A stretch of DNA of 64,000 nucleotides from Squalus acanthias (lineage: Eukaryota). The notes below the pieces were generated by a model. It worked only from the letters and a program-made list of their open reading frames with translations. It was not told the origin of the DNA and searched no databases. Within the stretch, counting starts at the first letter, position 1. Each line of letters starts with the position of its first letter. A program made the position numbers and the translations under genes. The stretch lies in NCBI GenBank assembly GCA_030390025.1, contig CM059432.1:151344001-151408000 (forward strand). Direction: 5' to 3'. Positions 49,871-63,237 of the stretch are shown one piece after another.

Positions 49871-50116
49871 GACGGTCTCTCATGTCCAACTCAGGAATGG
49901 AGCCACAGAACCCGAGGATTCTAAGTTAAGTGTCTAATATTTAGGTTTGTGTTTAGTATCTCAGTGGTTCTTGTTAAGCTTGAGCAAATAATTTAGTCTT
50001 TGGGTAGTTTGCTTCGAGGAGTGAATAGAAAAATTGCAGTGTAGTTTAGACCTAGCTAACAGAAATCCTACAAATCACCTTGTATCTAAGTAGTTTATTT
50101 TAAGTTTATAATTAGA

Positions 50117-50748
50117 ATGGAGGGACAGCTACGACCCGTAGCCTGCAATTCCTACACCATGTGGGAACTTCAGGACGCTTCATATGTCCCGAGGCTTATG
50201 TTTGCCGAAAGTGTCTCCAGCTGCTCGAACTCACACTGAGGTTTTCTGAGCTTGAGGGCCAGCTGGATTCACTGCAGGGCAGACAGGTGACTGAGTGTGT
50301 CCTAGATCGCAGGTTTCAGGAGGTGGTCACCCCACAGCCAGATAGAGTTCAGAATAGCAAGTGGGTGGCCACCTGGAAGGGTAGGAAGAGGCAGGCGGTG
50401 CAGGAATCCGTGAGTGTGACGACAATTCAAAGGAGTACAGTCCCGAGCCTGGCACGGTGAGGCTGCACAGGGGGCTACAGCAAAGTGTAGGAGTGCAGTC
50501 GTAATTGGGGATTCGATAGTCAGGGGGACAGACAAGCAGTTCTGCTGCCATCGACAGGAGACCCATATGGTATGCTGCTTCCCTGGTGCCAGGGTAAGGG
50601 ACATCACGGAGATGGTGCAGAGCATTCTGCGGGGGGAAGGGGAAGACCCAGACGTCGTGGTCCATGTCGGAACCAACGTCATAGGGAGGAAGAAGGTTGA
50701 GATCCTGCAGTCAGAGTTTAAGGAGCTAGGGAGGAAGTTAAAAAGCAG
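50117..50748 (+). mobile_element. CR1 ORF1 fragment (zinc finger, leucine zipper and SGNH esterase)
   Basis: VCRKCLQLLEL..RFSELEGQL; VIGDSIVRG; VCCFPGARVRD; VVVHVGTN. Confidence 0.85.
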
Positions 50749-53700
50749 TCTACAGCCAGGCCTTCCAGGGCCAGAGCTGCTTGAGGTCGTCCTGTAAGGC
50801 CATCTGAAGTCTCCCCCATGGAAACGGCTAGCGTGGACCCCGAGGGCGAGCTGTCAAATGCAGAAGGTGAGCCACTAATTACCTGAATTGGGTCCCCCAC
50901 TGTGAACCCGCTGCTGCGTGTCGGGTCTGCTCAGCGCTGACAGACCGACATCGGGGAAAGGCGTGTGGCGGCGGGTTCACAGCGGGGTCCCGAACCGCTG
51001 GGGAAAAAAAACAATTTCCCACCCGACCCGCCACCGATCGCGCCCGCTGACCCCCCGGAAAATCCGTGTCACAGATTGACAGACGTGAAATTGCACGCCT
51101 CAAAAACATTCAAAATTGTCACAAAGGGACAGGTAGAGTCCGTAGCAGAACAGATTATACAGTCTGTAACACAAACTGGCCTTTCCTTGTTCCATGCTTC
51201 CCTGCGTGATAACACAATGGAAGATATGGCAGACATTAAATAAGTAAAGCCACAGCTACAATGTGTGCTCTGTGAATCTGAATGTTTTACAGGCTAAACT
51301 CCCCAAGATGTCAAATAGTATGTGTGTCTGGTCACACATGTTGCTGCAAGTGATGCTTGTAAAGTTAATTATCAACCTGTCAATATATTGTGGCAATTTA
51401 TAAAGAATGAAAAACAAATATTGAGGTACTCAGAGAGGGGCAGAGGGAGATGGGGAGGAGGGCGAAGGGAAAGAGGGGGGGAGGGAAAGGGTAGGACAGA
51501 AAAGGGGAGTGGGAGTAATCACATTAAACATTGGTTCCTTGAAAGCTTACCAACATCATTGAAGAGCATGAGGGTTTGGAAAACACACATTACTTATTTA
51601 GTGACAAGTGCCTCCGACAGAAACAACTCTGCAGGAGCTCTCTATCAGCTTCTTTTAATAGAGACCTGGTGAGTCTTTGCTTTTTTCTTCCCATGGCAGA
51701 TATTAATGATAAATATGGTGCTAATCTGATGCTGTCTGCTCACCGAACTCTGGAGTTGCTGCATGAAATCACTGGAGCACTTTGCTTCTGTTCTAATAGC
51801 AGAACCAAGAAATTCAGAGAAACCAAGAGACTCTCGCTAAATCTATTTCATTTCAACATTTTTTCTCTTCAAATTTACTTTCATATCACAAATACAGCTT
51901 AATCTTGTAAATTTACAAATATTTTTATTTAGAAGAGATTTTTACACACCATTCAAAATTGATTGAAGATGAAGGAAAGTCAGGACTAGGCGACTTACTC
52001 CCTCCCTAACAGCACTGTGGGAGAACCTTCACCACACGGATTGCAGCGGTTCAAGAAGGCGGCTCACCACCACCTTCTCAAGGGGCAATTAGGGATGGGC
52101 AATAAACGCTGGGCTTGCCAGCGACACCCAGATCCCATAAATGATTAAAAAACACCATGGTGCCAGGCTGAAGATTCAAAGCAATCCAATGGTTCATTAC
52201 AGCTCCATATCCTACACCTCAAACTAATATTGGAACTTCTATCAGAGCAGCACCCACTCCAGTCTCACAATATGTGATTGATTTTTAATACCCTCTGACG
52301 TGGCCGAGCATATCCATTCAGTTGTAGAACATTTGCTGGAGAACAGAATCATAATGAAAATATCAGACAGACCTATTGGCAATAATCCAGTCATCAGATC
52401 AGGACAAGACTCTGGCAATCTCAGCCAGAATAACCCTGTAGAGCCCTGCTCGCTAACGTCTTGGGACTGGTGCTAAAGTTGAGAGAGCTGTCCCACATCC
52501 TAGTCAAACAACAGTCGTACTCACAGAGTTGTATCTATGTGCCAACATGCAGACACCTGCATCACCATCTCTGGGTGTGTCTTGTCCTACCAGTGGGATA
52601 GACCCACCAGAGATGGGGGCACAGTGGTATATATTCAGGTGGAGTTGGCCCTGAAATCCTCAACATTGACTCCAGACTCCGTGACATCTCTTGGCTTCAG
52701 GTCAAACAAGACCAAGCTAATTATTACCATCTCATCTCGACTGTCGAATCGGTACTCCCCCATATTGAACACTACTCGGAGGAAGCACTGAAGGAAGCAA
52801 AGGTACATAATGTACTATGGGTATGGGACTTCAGTGCCCACCACCAAGTAATACCTTCATTGACCAAGCTGGCTGAATCCTGAAGGACACAGCTGCCATA
52901 CAGGGACCTCATCATGTGGCGAACAAACCAACACAAGAGAACAACATCCCTCTCAGACACCTCTGCGCATGGTAGCATCGGCAGGAGTGGTCATAGAATC
53001 ATAGAAGTTTACAGCACAGAAGGAGGCCACTCGGCCCATCGTGTCTGTGCCGGCTAAAAAATAGCTCTCCAGCCTAATCCCACTTTCCAGCTCTTGGTCC
53101 ATAGCCATGTAGGTTACGGCAATTCAAGGGCATATCCAAGTACTTTTTAAATGTGGTGAGGGTCTCTGCCTCTACCACCCTTTCAGGCAGTGAGTTCCAG
53201 ACCCCCATCACCCTCTGGGTGAAGAAAGTTCTCCTCAACTCCCCTCTAATCCTTCTACCAATTACTTTAAATTTATACCCCCTGGTTATTGACCTCTCTG
53301 CTAAGGGAAATAGGCACTTCCTATCCACTCTTTCTAGGCCCCTCATAATTATATACAGCTCAATTAAATCTCCCCTTAGCCTCCTCTGTTCCAAAGAAAA
53401 AAACCCAGCCTATTCAATCTTTCCTCAGTTAAAATTCTCCAGTCCAGGCAACATCCTCGTGAATCTCCTCTGTACCCTCTCTAGTACAATCACATCTTTC
53501 CTGTAATGTAGTGACCAGAACTGCACGCAGTACTCTAGCTGAGGCCTAACTAGTGATTTATACAGTTCGAGTATAACCCCCCTGCTCTTGTATTCTATGC
53601 CTCGGCTAATAAAGGCAAGTATCCCGTATGCCTTCTTAACCACCTTATCTGCCTGTCCTCTACCTTCAGGGATCTGTGGACATGCACTCCAAGGTCCCTC

Positions 53701-53865
53701 CGTTCCTCTACACTACTCAGTGTCCTACCAATTAATGTGCTTTCGCTTGCTTGGTCAGCCCTCCCCAAATGCATTACCTCACACTTCTCCAGATTGAATT
53801 CCATTTGCCACTTTTCTGCCCACCTGACCAGTCTATTAATATCTCCCTGCAGTCTACGGCTTTCT

Positions 53866-53972
53866 GTAGAAAGGTCCGACCACAGGTCATCAACCTGAAA
53901 CATTAACTTTGTTTTTCTCTCCACAGATGCTGCCTGACCTGCTGAATATTTCCAGCATTTTCTGTTTTTACA
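53866..53972 (+). mobile_element. Penelope-like fragment with a degenerate hammerhead
   Basis: TSD ac(g/a)gctttct at 53856-53865 and 53973-53982; motif ccgacca-c-aggt(catca)acct-gaaac. Confidence 0.7.
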
Positions 53973-54051
53973 ACAGCTTTCTTCCTCATTATCAACCACA
54001 CGGCCAACTTTTGTATCATCTGCAAACTTCTTAATCATGCCCCCTACATTG

Positions 54052-57000
54052 AAACATAGAAACATAGAAGATAGGAGCAGGAGTAGGCCATTCGGCCCCT
54101 CGAGCCTGCTCCACCATTCGATGAGATCATGGCTGTTCATCCAAACTCAGTACCCTGTACCTGCCTTCTCCCCATATCCCTTGATACCTTTAGCTTTATG
54201 AAATATATCTAACTCATTCTTCAATATATTTAATGACTTGGCCTCAACTACCTTCTGTGGTAGAGAATTCCACAGGTTCACCACTCTCTGGGTGAAGAAA
54301 TTCTTCCTCATTTCTGTCCTAAATGGCTTACCCCTTATCCTTAGATTATGACCCCTGGTTCTGGACTCTCCGACCATCGGGAACATTCTTCCTGCATCTA
54401 GTTTGTCCAGACCTGTCAGAATTTTATATGTTTCGATGAGATCCCCTCTCATTCTTCTATACTCCAGCGAGTATAAGCCCAATCGACCCAATCTCTCCTC
54501 ATATGTCATTCCTGCCATCCCAGGTATCAGCCTTGTGAATCTTCGCTGAACTCCTTCCATGGCAAGAACATCCTTCCTCAGATAAGGCGACCAAAACTGC
54601 ACACAGTACTCAAGGTGTGGTCTCACCAAGGCCCTGTACAACTGCAGCAGGACATCCCTGTTCCTATACTCAAACCCTTTCGATATGAAGGCCAACATAC
54701 TATTTGCCTTCTTCACCGCCTGCTGCACCTGCATGCTTACCTTCAGCGATTGGTGCACAAGGACACCCAGGTCTCGTTGCACTTCCCCTTCTCCCAATCT
54801 ATTGCCATTCAGATAATAGTCTGCCTTTCTGCTTTTGACACCAAAGTGGATAACCTCGCATTTATCCACGTTATATTGCATCTGCCACGCTTCTGCCCAC
54901 TCACCCAACCTGTCCAAATCATCCTGGAGTTTCTCGGTATCCTCCTCGCAGCACACACGCCCACCCAGCTTTGTGTCATCTGCAAACTTGGAGATATTAC
55001 ATTTAGTTCCCTTATCTAGATCATTAATGTATATTGTGAATAGCTGGGGTCCAAGGACCGATCCCTGCGGTATCCCACTAGTCACTGCCTGCCACTCGGA
55101 AAAAGACCCATTAATTCCTACTCTCTGCTTTCTGTCCGCCAACCAGTTCTCTATCCAAGTCAATACCTTGCCCACAATCCCATGTGCCTTAACTTTACAC
55201 GCTAATCTCTTATGCGGGACCTTATCGAAAGCCTTTTGAAAGTCCAAATACACCACACCTACTGATTCTCCCTTATCTATTTTCCCAGTTACATCCTCAA
55301 AAAATTCCAGTAGATTAGCACGATTGACCTTTTGTAAATCCATGTTGACTTTGTCCGATCCTGTCACTGTTTTTCAAGTGCTCAGCTATTACATCCTTTA
55401 TAATGGACTCTAGCATTTTCCCCACTACCGATGTCAGGCTTACCGGTCTGTAATTCCCCGCTTTCTCTCTACCACCCTTTTTGAATAGTGGGGTAACATT
55501 AGCTACCCTCCAATCCATGGGTACAGTTCCAGATTCCATCGAATGTTGGAAGATGATCAGCAATGCATCTACTATTTCTAGGGCCACTTCCTTAAGTACC
55601 CTAGGATGTAGATTATCAGGCCCTGGGGATTTATCGGCCTTCAATCCCGTCAATTTCCCTAACACCATTTCCCTGCAAATACTGATTTCTTTCAGTTCCT
55701 CCCTTTCATCAGACCCTATGTTCTCCAACATCTCTGGGAGGTTATTTGTGTCCTCCTTTGTGAAGACAGAACCAAAATATGCATTTAATTGGTCTGCCAT
55801 TTCTTTGTTCCCCATTATAACTTCCCCCGCTTCTGACTGCAAGGGACCTACACTTGATTTCACTAATCTTTTTCTCTTCACATATCTATAAAAGCTCTTA
55901 CAGTCAGTTTTTATGTTCCCTGCAAGCTTACTTTCATATTCTATTTTCCCCTTCTTAATTAATCCCTTTGTCCTCCTTTGTTGAATCCTAAACTGCTCCC
56001 AATCCTCAGGGTTACCGTTTTTTCTGGCCAATTTATATGCCCTCTCCTTGGATCCTATGCTATCCCTAATTTCCCTTGTTAGCCACGGTTGAGTCACCCT
56101 TTTTGTTTTATTCTTATGCCACACTGGGATGAACAAATTCTGTAGTTCATCCATGCAGTCTTTGAATGTTTGCCATTGCCTATCCACCGTCAACCCTTTG
56201 AGTGACATTCCCCAATCAATCCTACCCAATTCGCACCTCATATCATCGTAGTTTCCTTTATTTAAATTCAGGACCCTAGTCTCTGATTCAACTACTTCAC
56301 TCTCCATCCTAATGAAGAATTCTATCATATTATGATCACTCTGACCCAAGGGGCCTCGTACAACAAGATTGCTAATTAATCCTTTCTCGTTACATAATAC
56401 CCAGTCTAAGATGGCCTGATCTCTGGTTGGTTCCTCAACATATTGTTCCAGAAAACCATCCCGTAAACATTCTAGGAATTCCTCCTCCACAGTATTTTTA
56501 CTAATTTGGTTAACCCAATCTATATGTAAATTAAAGTCACCCATGATGACTGCTGTGCCCTTACTGCATGCTTCTCTAATTTCCCTTTTAATGCCGTCCC
56601 CAACATCCGTATTACTGTTTGGAGGTCTATATACCACTCCCATTAACGTTTTCTGCCCCTTGTTATTTCTCAGTTCTACCCATACAGATTCCGCATCATC
56701 AGAGCTAATATCCTTCCTTTCAATTGTGTTAATCCCGTCTTTAACCAGCAATGCTACCCCACCTCCCTTTCTTTTTTGCCTATCTTTCCTAAATATTGAA
56801 TACCCCTGGATGTTGAGTTCCCAGCCTTGGCCACCCTGGAGCCATGTTTCTGTAATCCCAATCAAATCGTATTCATTTACCTCTATTTGCACAACTAATT
56901 CATCCACCTTGTTCTGAATGCTCCTTGCATTAAGACACAAAGCCTTCAGGCTTGTTTTTTTAACACTCTCAGAGCTATATGAATTATTATTTACTGTGAC

Positions 57001-57573
57001 CATGTTTGATTTAAACCATTGAGTTCTTTGCCTTCTACTTTTGTTTTTCTCCTTCCTGTCTTTAGCTTTTATCCTTGTTTCCCTTTCCTCTGTCTCCCTG
57101 TTCAGGTTCCCAACCCCCTGCCACTTTAGTTTAAACCCTCCCCAACAGCACTAGCAAACACTCCCCCTAGGACATCGGTCCTGGCCCTGCCCAGGTGCAG
57201 ACCGTCCCGTTTGTACTGGTCCCACCTCCCCCAGAACCGGTTCCAATGTCCAAGGAATTTGAATCCATCCCCTTTGCACCATTCCTCTAGTCACGTATTC
57301 ATTTGAAATATCCTCCTATTTCTACTCTGACTAGCACGTGGCACTGGTAGCAATCCTGAGGTCCTATTTTTTAATTTACCTCCTAACTCCCTATATTCTG
57401 CTTTTAGGGCCTCATCCCGTTTTTTACCTATATCGTTGATGTCTATGTGCACCACGACAACTGGCTGTTCGCCCTCCCCCCTCCCCCTCCAAAATGTTCT
57501 GTAGCCGCTCCGAGACGTCCTTCACCCTTGCACCAGGGAGGCAACACACCATCCTGGAGTCTCGTTTGCGGCC
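54052..57573 (-). mobile_element. Young CR1 LINE: 3' half of ORF1 esterase plus near-complete ORF2 (one frameshift near 55320)
   Basis: MVCCLPGARVKDVSERLQ near 57500-57555; ORFs 55315-57003 and 54147-55367; tail at 54052-54146. Confidence 0.95.
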
Positions 57574-59623
57574 AATGAAGTCTAAATCATTGATATACAA
57601 CATAAAAAGCAAGGGACCCAGTACTGAGCCCTGTGGAACCCCACTGGAAACAGCCTTCCAGTCACAAAAACACCCGTCGACCATTACCCTTTGCTTGCTG
57701 CCACTGAGCCAATTTTGGATCCAACTTGCCACTTTCCCTTGGATCCCGTGGGCTTTTACTTTCATGACCAGTTTGCCATGTGGGACCTTGTCAAAAGTCT
57801 TGCTAAAATCCATGTAGACTACATCAAATGCACTACCCTCATCGACCCTCCTTGTTACCTCCTCAAAAAATTCCATCAAGTTAGTCAGACACGACCTTCC
57901 CTTAACAAATTCGTGCTGACTTTCCTTAATTAGTCCGTGTCTTTCTAAATGACAATTAATACGGTTCCTCAGAATTTTTTCCAATAATTTGCCCACCACC
58001 GAGGTTAGACTGACTGGCTTGTAATTACTCGGTCTATCCCTTGCTCCCTTCACAAGTGTATAATGTTAGCAGTCCTCCAGTCCTCCAGCACCACACCTGT
58101 AGCCAGGGAGGATTGGAAAATGATGGGCAGAGCCTCTGCTATTTCCTTCCTTGCTTCTATTAACAGCCTGGGATACATTTCATCCAGGCCTGGCGATTTA
58201 TCTACTTTGAAAGATGCTAAACCCCTTAATACTTCCTCTCTCACCGTTTATCTCATCTAATATTTCACACTCCTCCTCCTTAACTACAACGTTTGCATCA
58301 TCTCCCTCTTTTGCGAAGACAGACGCAAAGTATTCATTAAGAACCATACCATGTCTTCCACCTCCACATACCGGTTACCTTTTTGGTCTCCAACAGGCCC
58401 TACTCCTTCCTTAGTTATCCTCTTGCTCTTTATGTATTTATAAAACATCTTTAGTTTTTCCTTGATTTTACTTGTCAATATTTTTCCATGACCTCTCTTT
58501 TCTTTCCTAATTTCCTTTTTAATTTCACCCCCTGCATTTTCTATACTCCTCTAGGCTTTCTGCAGTATTGAGCTCTCGGTATCTGACAAAAGCTTCCCTT
58601 TATTTCCTTATCCTACCCTGTATGCTCCTTGACATCCAGGGGGCTCAGATTTGGAAGTCCCACCCTTTTTCTTTGTGGGAACATATTTGCCCTGAACCCT
58701 CCCTATCTCCTCCTTGAATGCCTCCCACTGCTCTGACACTGATTTACCTTCAAGTAGCTGTTTCCAGTCCACTTTTGCTAAGTCACATCTCAGCTTAGTA
58801 AAATTAGCCTTTCCCCAATTGAGAACTTTAACACCTTGATCTATCTTTGTCCTTTTCCATAGCTACGCTGTATCTAACTGAATTATGATCACTACCACCA
58901 AAATGTACTCCCATTGATACCCCTTCCACCTGCCCAGCTTCATTCCCTAAAACTAAGTCCAGAACTGCCCCCTCTCTCATTGGGCTTGCTATGTACCAGC
59001 TAGAAAAGTTCTCCTGAATGCATTTTAAGAGCCAGGTAATACTCCCAGTGTGCAATACCCCAAGAGCAAGGCAATACTCTCACTGTACATTCTTTGTAAA
59101 GAGAAAGTTTTGTCTTCACAGAGACCATACCCTCCATTGTGTAATGTGGCACTACTGCTGTACTAAGTGGTCAGATCGAGCAACCCATCACAATCTGTAA
59201 CCTCACAGCCTGATATATCCCTCACTTGCCCCACCAAGCCAGGAGACCAACCTAGATTTCATGGGAAATTTAGAAGGGCATGCCAAGAGCAGCACTTAGA
59301 ATAAGGCACCATCTTAATGAAGCTACTACACAGGGTTACATGCGTGATAAACACCAAAAGCAGCGGGCTAAACAGCACCACAATCAACAGATCAAAGCAA
59401 AGCTCTGTAGCCCTGCCACATCAGTAGTGTTGCCAACTCGTGTTGGACGTATTCCTGGCATGACATCACATGACATCTCGCCCCCATGCTCTCGCCATTG
59501 GTTGCCCAACACATCCTCATTAGCTGATTCTAGACTGTCATACAAACAGCCATATTTACTCATTTCCAATATTTTAATAACTGATAAACAAAAGTATTTA
59601 AATAAAATGGGAGAAAAACACGA

Positions 59624-60002
59624 TGGTCTAGAAATTGGATATGGCCCAAAAACGGGCGGTGTCATGGCCCAGCGCTATTTGGCTGCGCCCGTTCAAAGTG
59701 GTCCAGGCAGCACGCAAAATTCATACTTCCTGCTCATTTACATGATTGTCGTGCTGACCTCAGCGCTAAACGCTTTGCTGATTGGCTTACCGCTGCAGTC
59801 TAATGGCCAGTAATGTTTGGCCTAGTCTTTCTCCACTACTTAAAGGGGAGGTGCTTTGTTGCAGCAGAACCTCATTGTCATTGGAGTTGGAACACATGAC
59901 TCAGCAGCAGCGAAGAGAACGAGCCAGAAGACTCGGTGATGCGGCTCAGTGGGCATTGGCACTGGTCGTGCAGAGGAGGCGGGCTGTCCTCTTCCTACAG
60001 TG
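59624..60002 (+). mobile_element. Harbinger left end with start of the Myb-like gene
   Basis: ggtctagaaattgg terminus, cttaaagggg, and MTQQQRRERARRLGDAAQ...VQRRRAVLF. Confidence 0.7.
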
Positions 60003-60659
60003 AGGAGTCTACAGTGTTCAGCTCCATTCAAAGATCCTCCGATAATGAAGCAGCCCATGCCAGCTTACAGCGTGACTTGGACAACATCCAAGCAGAGCAG
60101 ACAAGTGGCAGGTAACATTCACGCCAAATAAATGTTAGGTAATAAATAATTTATCTCCGACAAGAAATGGCCCAGTCACGTTCCCCTGACTTTCAACAGT
60201 ATCACCATCATCAAGTACCCCACCATGAACATTCTGGGGTCACCATTGACCAGAAGATTAACTGGACTAGCCATGTCAACAACTTGAGTACAAGAACAGG
60301 CCATAGACTGGGTACTCTGCAATGAGTGCCTGGCCTTCTGACGCTTCAAAGCCTCTCCACCATCTACAAGGCTCTGGTAAGAAGCATGAGGGAATACTCA
60401 CCACTTGTCTGAATGGATGCAGTTGCAACAAAACTCAAGAAGCTCAACACCATCTCGGATATGATCAGTGTCTCTGCCATTGTCCATCCTGCACTGTGGC
60501 TGTAGGATGTGCTATCTACATGATGCACTGCAGCAACTCACCAAGCTTATGTTGACGGCACCTCTCAGCCTCACACCTTCTACCACCAAGGACAAAAGTA
60601 GCAAAATATTGGGAACACCATCAGCTCCAAGTCATACACCATCCTGAATTGGACATATT

Positions 60660-61015
60660 TTTTGTTTATTGTCCATCCCTAGTTGCCCTTGAGAAGGTGG
60701 TGGTGAGCCGCCTTCTTCAACCGCTGCAGTCCGTGTGGTGAAGGTGCTCCCACAGTGCTGTTAGGGAGGGAGTTCCAGGATTTTGACCCAGCGACGATGA
60801 AGGATCGGCGATATACTTCTAAGTCAGGATGGTGTGTGACTTGGAGGGGAACTTGGAGGTGGTGGTGTTCCCATGCGCCTGCTGCCCTTGTCCTTCTAGG
60901 TGGTAGAGGTCGTGGGTTTGGGAGGTGCTGCCGAAGAAGCCTTGGCGAGTTGCTGCAGTGCATCTTGTAGATGGTACACACTGCAGCCACGGTACGCTGG
61001 TGGTGGAGGGAGTGA
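60660..61015 (-). mobile_element. 3' end of the second non-LTR family
   Basis: ORF 60679-60990 ...SFIVAGSKSWNSLP...KKAAHHHLLKGN*. Confidence 0.85.
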
Positions 61016-61310
61016 ATGTTTATGGTGGTGGATGGGGTGCCATATCTCGCTGTTCTTTCATCATTGCTGGGTCAAAAGTCTAGAATGCCCTGCCGAACAC
61101 CATCGGCGGAGTACCATCACCTCAAGGAATGGAATGCTTCAAGGAGCAGGTTCAGGCAGCAAATGTGGCAATGCATGTGTCATCCATATACTGAGAACAA
61201 ATTAAAAATAAGACAAAGTATAACAGGTAAATGTGCAAACATTTGAGATGGCAACGTACATAGGAAGGTGTCTATGTTGGTGTTTCTATGAAAGGTGTGA
61301 CAGACATACT

Positions 61311-62050
61311 GGCCCGGATTTTGCGTTCCCCAGCGTACACCATCATAAGCCTTTTAAAAGGTCCCGCACTTTCTGGGTTTCCGTGTGCACGTGAAAACCC
61401 GGAGCTTGCGATCTGTCAAGGTTCCCCTCAACAGATCTACCGCACCGACCCAAAAATCACCTTCGCTGGCACAGGGTTAGACTATTTGCCCAACTACTGC
61501 CCATTAATGCCCATGAAACCCTTATGCCTGGTAAAAGTAGGCTTGGGGCCTGCTTTCACCAGTGTAAGGGTTAATATAAGTCTTAAATTAAACATTTTAA
61601 AATAAAAATCATGCACAAACATTTCAAATTAGTTTATGTAAATTTTGGCCCAGATTAAAATGTTTAAAATTATTTTTCAAACAATGTAGTTTTTATAGTA
61701 AATGCTTCATTGAAGGGACTTTTAATTAAATTTGAAAATGGAAACATTTATTTTTATTCCAGTTGTATAAATTATTTAATTATTTGGAGATTCTTCACGT
61801 GCTTGTGGGGATTCTGTTGGTAACTCGAATCCCCATAAGCATATTAGGAATCCTCCTTTTGATTGGAGGACCCGGCCCACGTGATCCCAGGGACGCTTCC
61901 GAACTGCCTGCGTCCCCGGGATCTGTGGGCCTTTACGCAGGCGAACGCCCCCAGTCTCCAAAGCCCGAGAGCCTGAAGGTCAGTGCTGAGTTTTTTTGTC
62001 GGGTCGGAGGTCTGCTCTGGAGGTACGCCTCCGACCGTAAATTCCAACCC
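61311..62050. mobile_element. Harbinger-like MITE
   Basis: Imperfect TIRs ggcccggattttgcg / cgtaaattccaaccc; 3-bp TSD ACT at 61308-61310 and 62051-62053; GC-rich arms with an AT-rich centre. Confidence 0.7.
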
Positions 62051-62151
62051 ACTGATTTGAAAAATAAAGTCCCCACCGCTTATAGCGGGTGCGTTCGTGC
62101 GAATACGATTTGCCCGCTATACGTGATGGCCAGTATAACGGGATATGGTTT

Positions 62152-63050
62152 CTCTGATTTCCCCCTCCCAATTCACGCTAGCACTGATCTCTGATTTCCC
62201 AATTCACACTAGCACTGATCTCTGATTTCCCAATTCACACTAGCACTGATCTCTGATTTCCCAATTCACGCTAGCACTGATCTCTGATTTCCCAATTCAC
62301 GCTAGCACTGATCTCTGATTTCCCAATTCACACTAGCACTGATCTCTGATTTCCCAATTCACACTAGCACTGATCTCTGATTTCCCAATTCACGCTAGCA
62401 CTGATCTCTGATTTCCCAATTCACGCTAGCACTGATCTCTGATTTCCCAATTCACACTAGCACTGTTCTCTGATTTCCCCCTCCTAATACACACTAGCAC
62501 TGATCTCTGATTTCCCAATTCACACTAGCACTGATCTCTGATTTCCCAATTCATGCTAGCACTGATCTCTGATTTCCCAATACACACTAGCACTGATCTC
62601 TGATTTCCCCCTCCCAGTACACACTAGCACTGATCTCTGATTTCCCAATTCACGCTAGCACTGTTCTCTGATTTCCCAATTCACGCTAGCACTGATCTCT
62701 GATTTCCCAATACACACTAGCACTGTTCTCTGATTTCCCAATTCACACTAGCACTGTTCTCTGATTTCCCAATACACACTAGCACTGTTCTCTGATTTCC
62801 CAATTCACACTAGCACTGTTCTCTGATTTCCCAATACACACTAGCACTGATCTCTGATTTCCCAATTCACACTAGCACTGATCTCTGATTTCCCAATTCA
62901 CGCTAGCACTGATCTCTGATTTCCCAATTCACACTAGCACTGATCTCTGATTTCCCAATACACACTAGCACTGATCTCTGATTTCCCAATACACACTAGC
63001 ACTGATCTCTGATTTCCCCCTCCCAATTCACACTAGCACTGATCTCTGAT
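62152..63050. repeat. 31-bp minisatellite, about 28 copies
   Basis: Unit tctgatttcccaattcacactagcactgatc, head-to-tail, with occasional ccctc insertions. Confidence 0.97.
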
Positions 63051-63237
63051 GGGTTTTTACGACAATCTGATAGTTTCATGGTCACCATTACTGATACTAG
63101 CTTTTTATTCCAGATTTTTTTAATTAACTGAATTTAAATTCCACAGCTGTCGTGGTGGGATTTGAACTCAAGTCTCTGGATCATTAGTCCAGGCCTTTGG
63201 ATTACTAGCCCAGTGACAATACCACTACGCCACCGTA
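63050..63237 (-). mobile_element. tRNA-headed SINE 5' part
   Basis: Minus strand ggtggcgtagtggt (A box) and gagttcaaatccc (B box). Confidence 0.7.

Larger units (their letters stand above)
52992..59030 (-). mobile_element. Older CR1 LINE (EN to tail), split by a young CR1 and a Penelope-like insert
   Basis: Minus-strand ORF pieces 58828-, 58284-, 58050-, 57424-, 53595-, 53425- and 53074- are colinear. Confidence 0.9.
52440..60657 (+). mobile_element. Fragmented old copy of the second non-LTR family (pieces 52440-52992, 59080-59425, 60050-60657) hosting later insertions
   Basis: Endonuclease-like DRPTRDGGTVVY and gggacttcagtgcccacc (GDF); the last piece matches the family's C-terminus. Confidence 0.6.

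Noticed and set aside
62152..63050. CRISPR-like periodicity (31 bp)
   Set aside because: Units abut with no unique spacers; vertebrate context and no cas genes.
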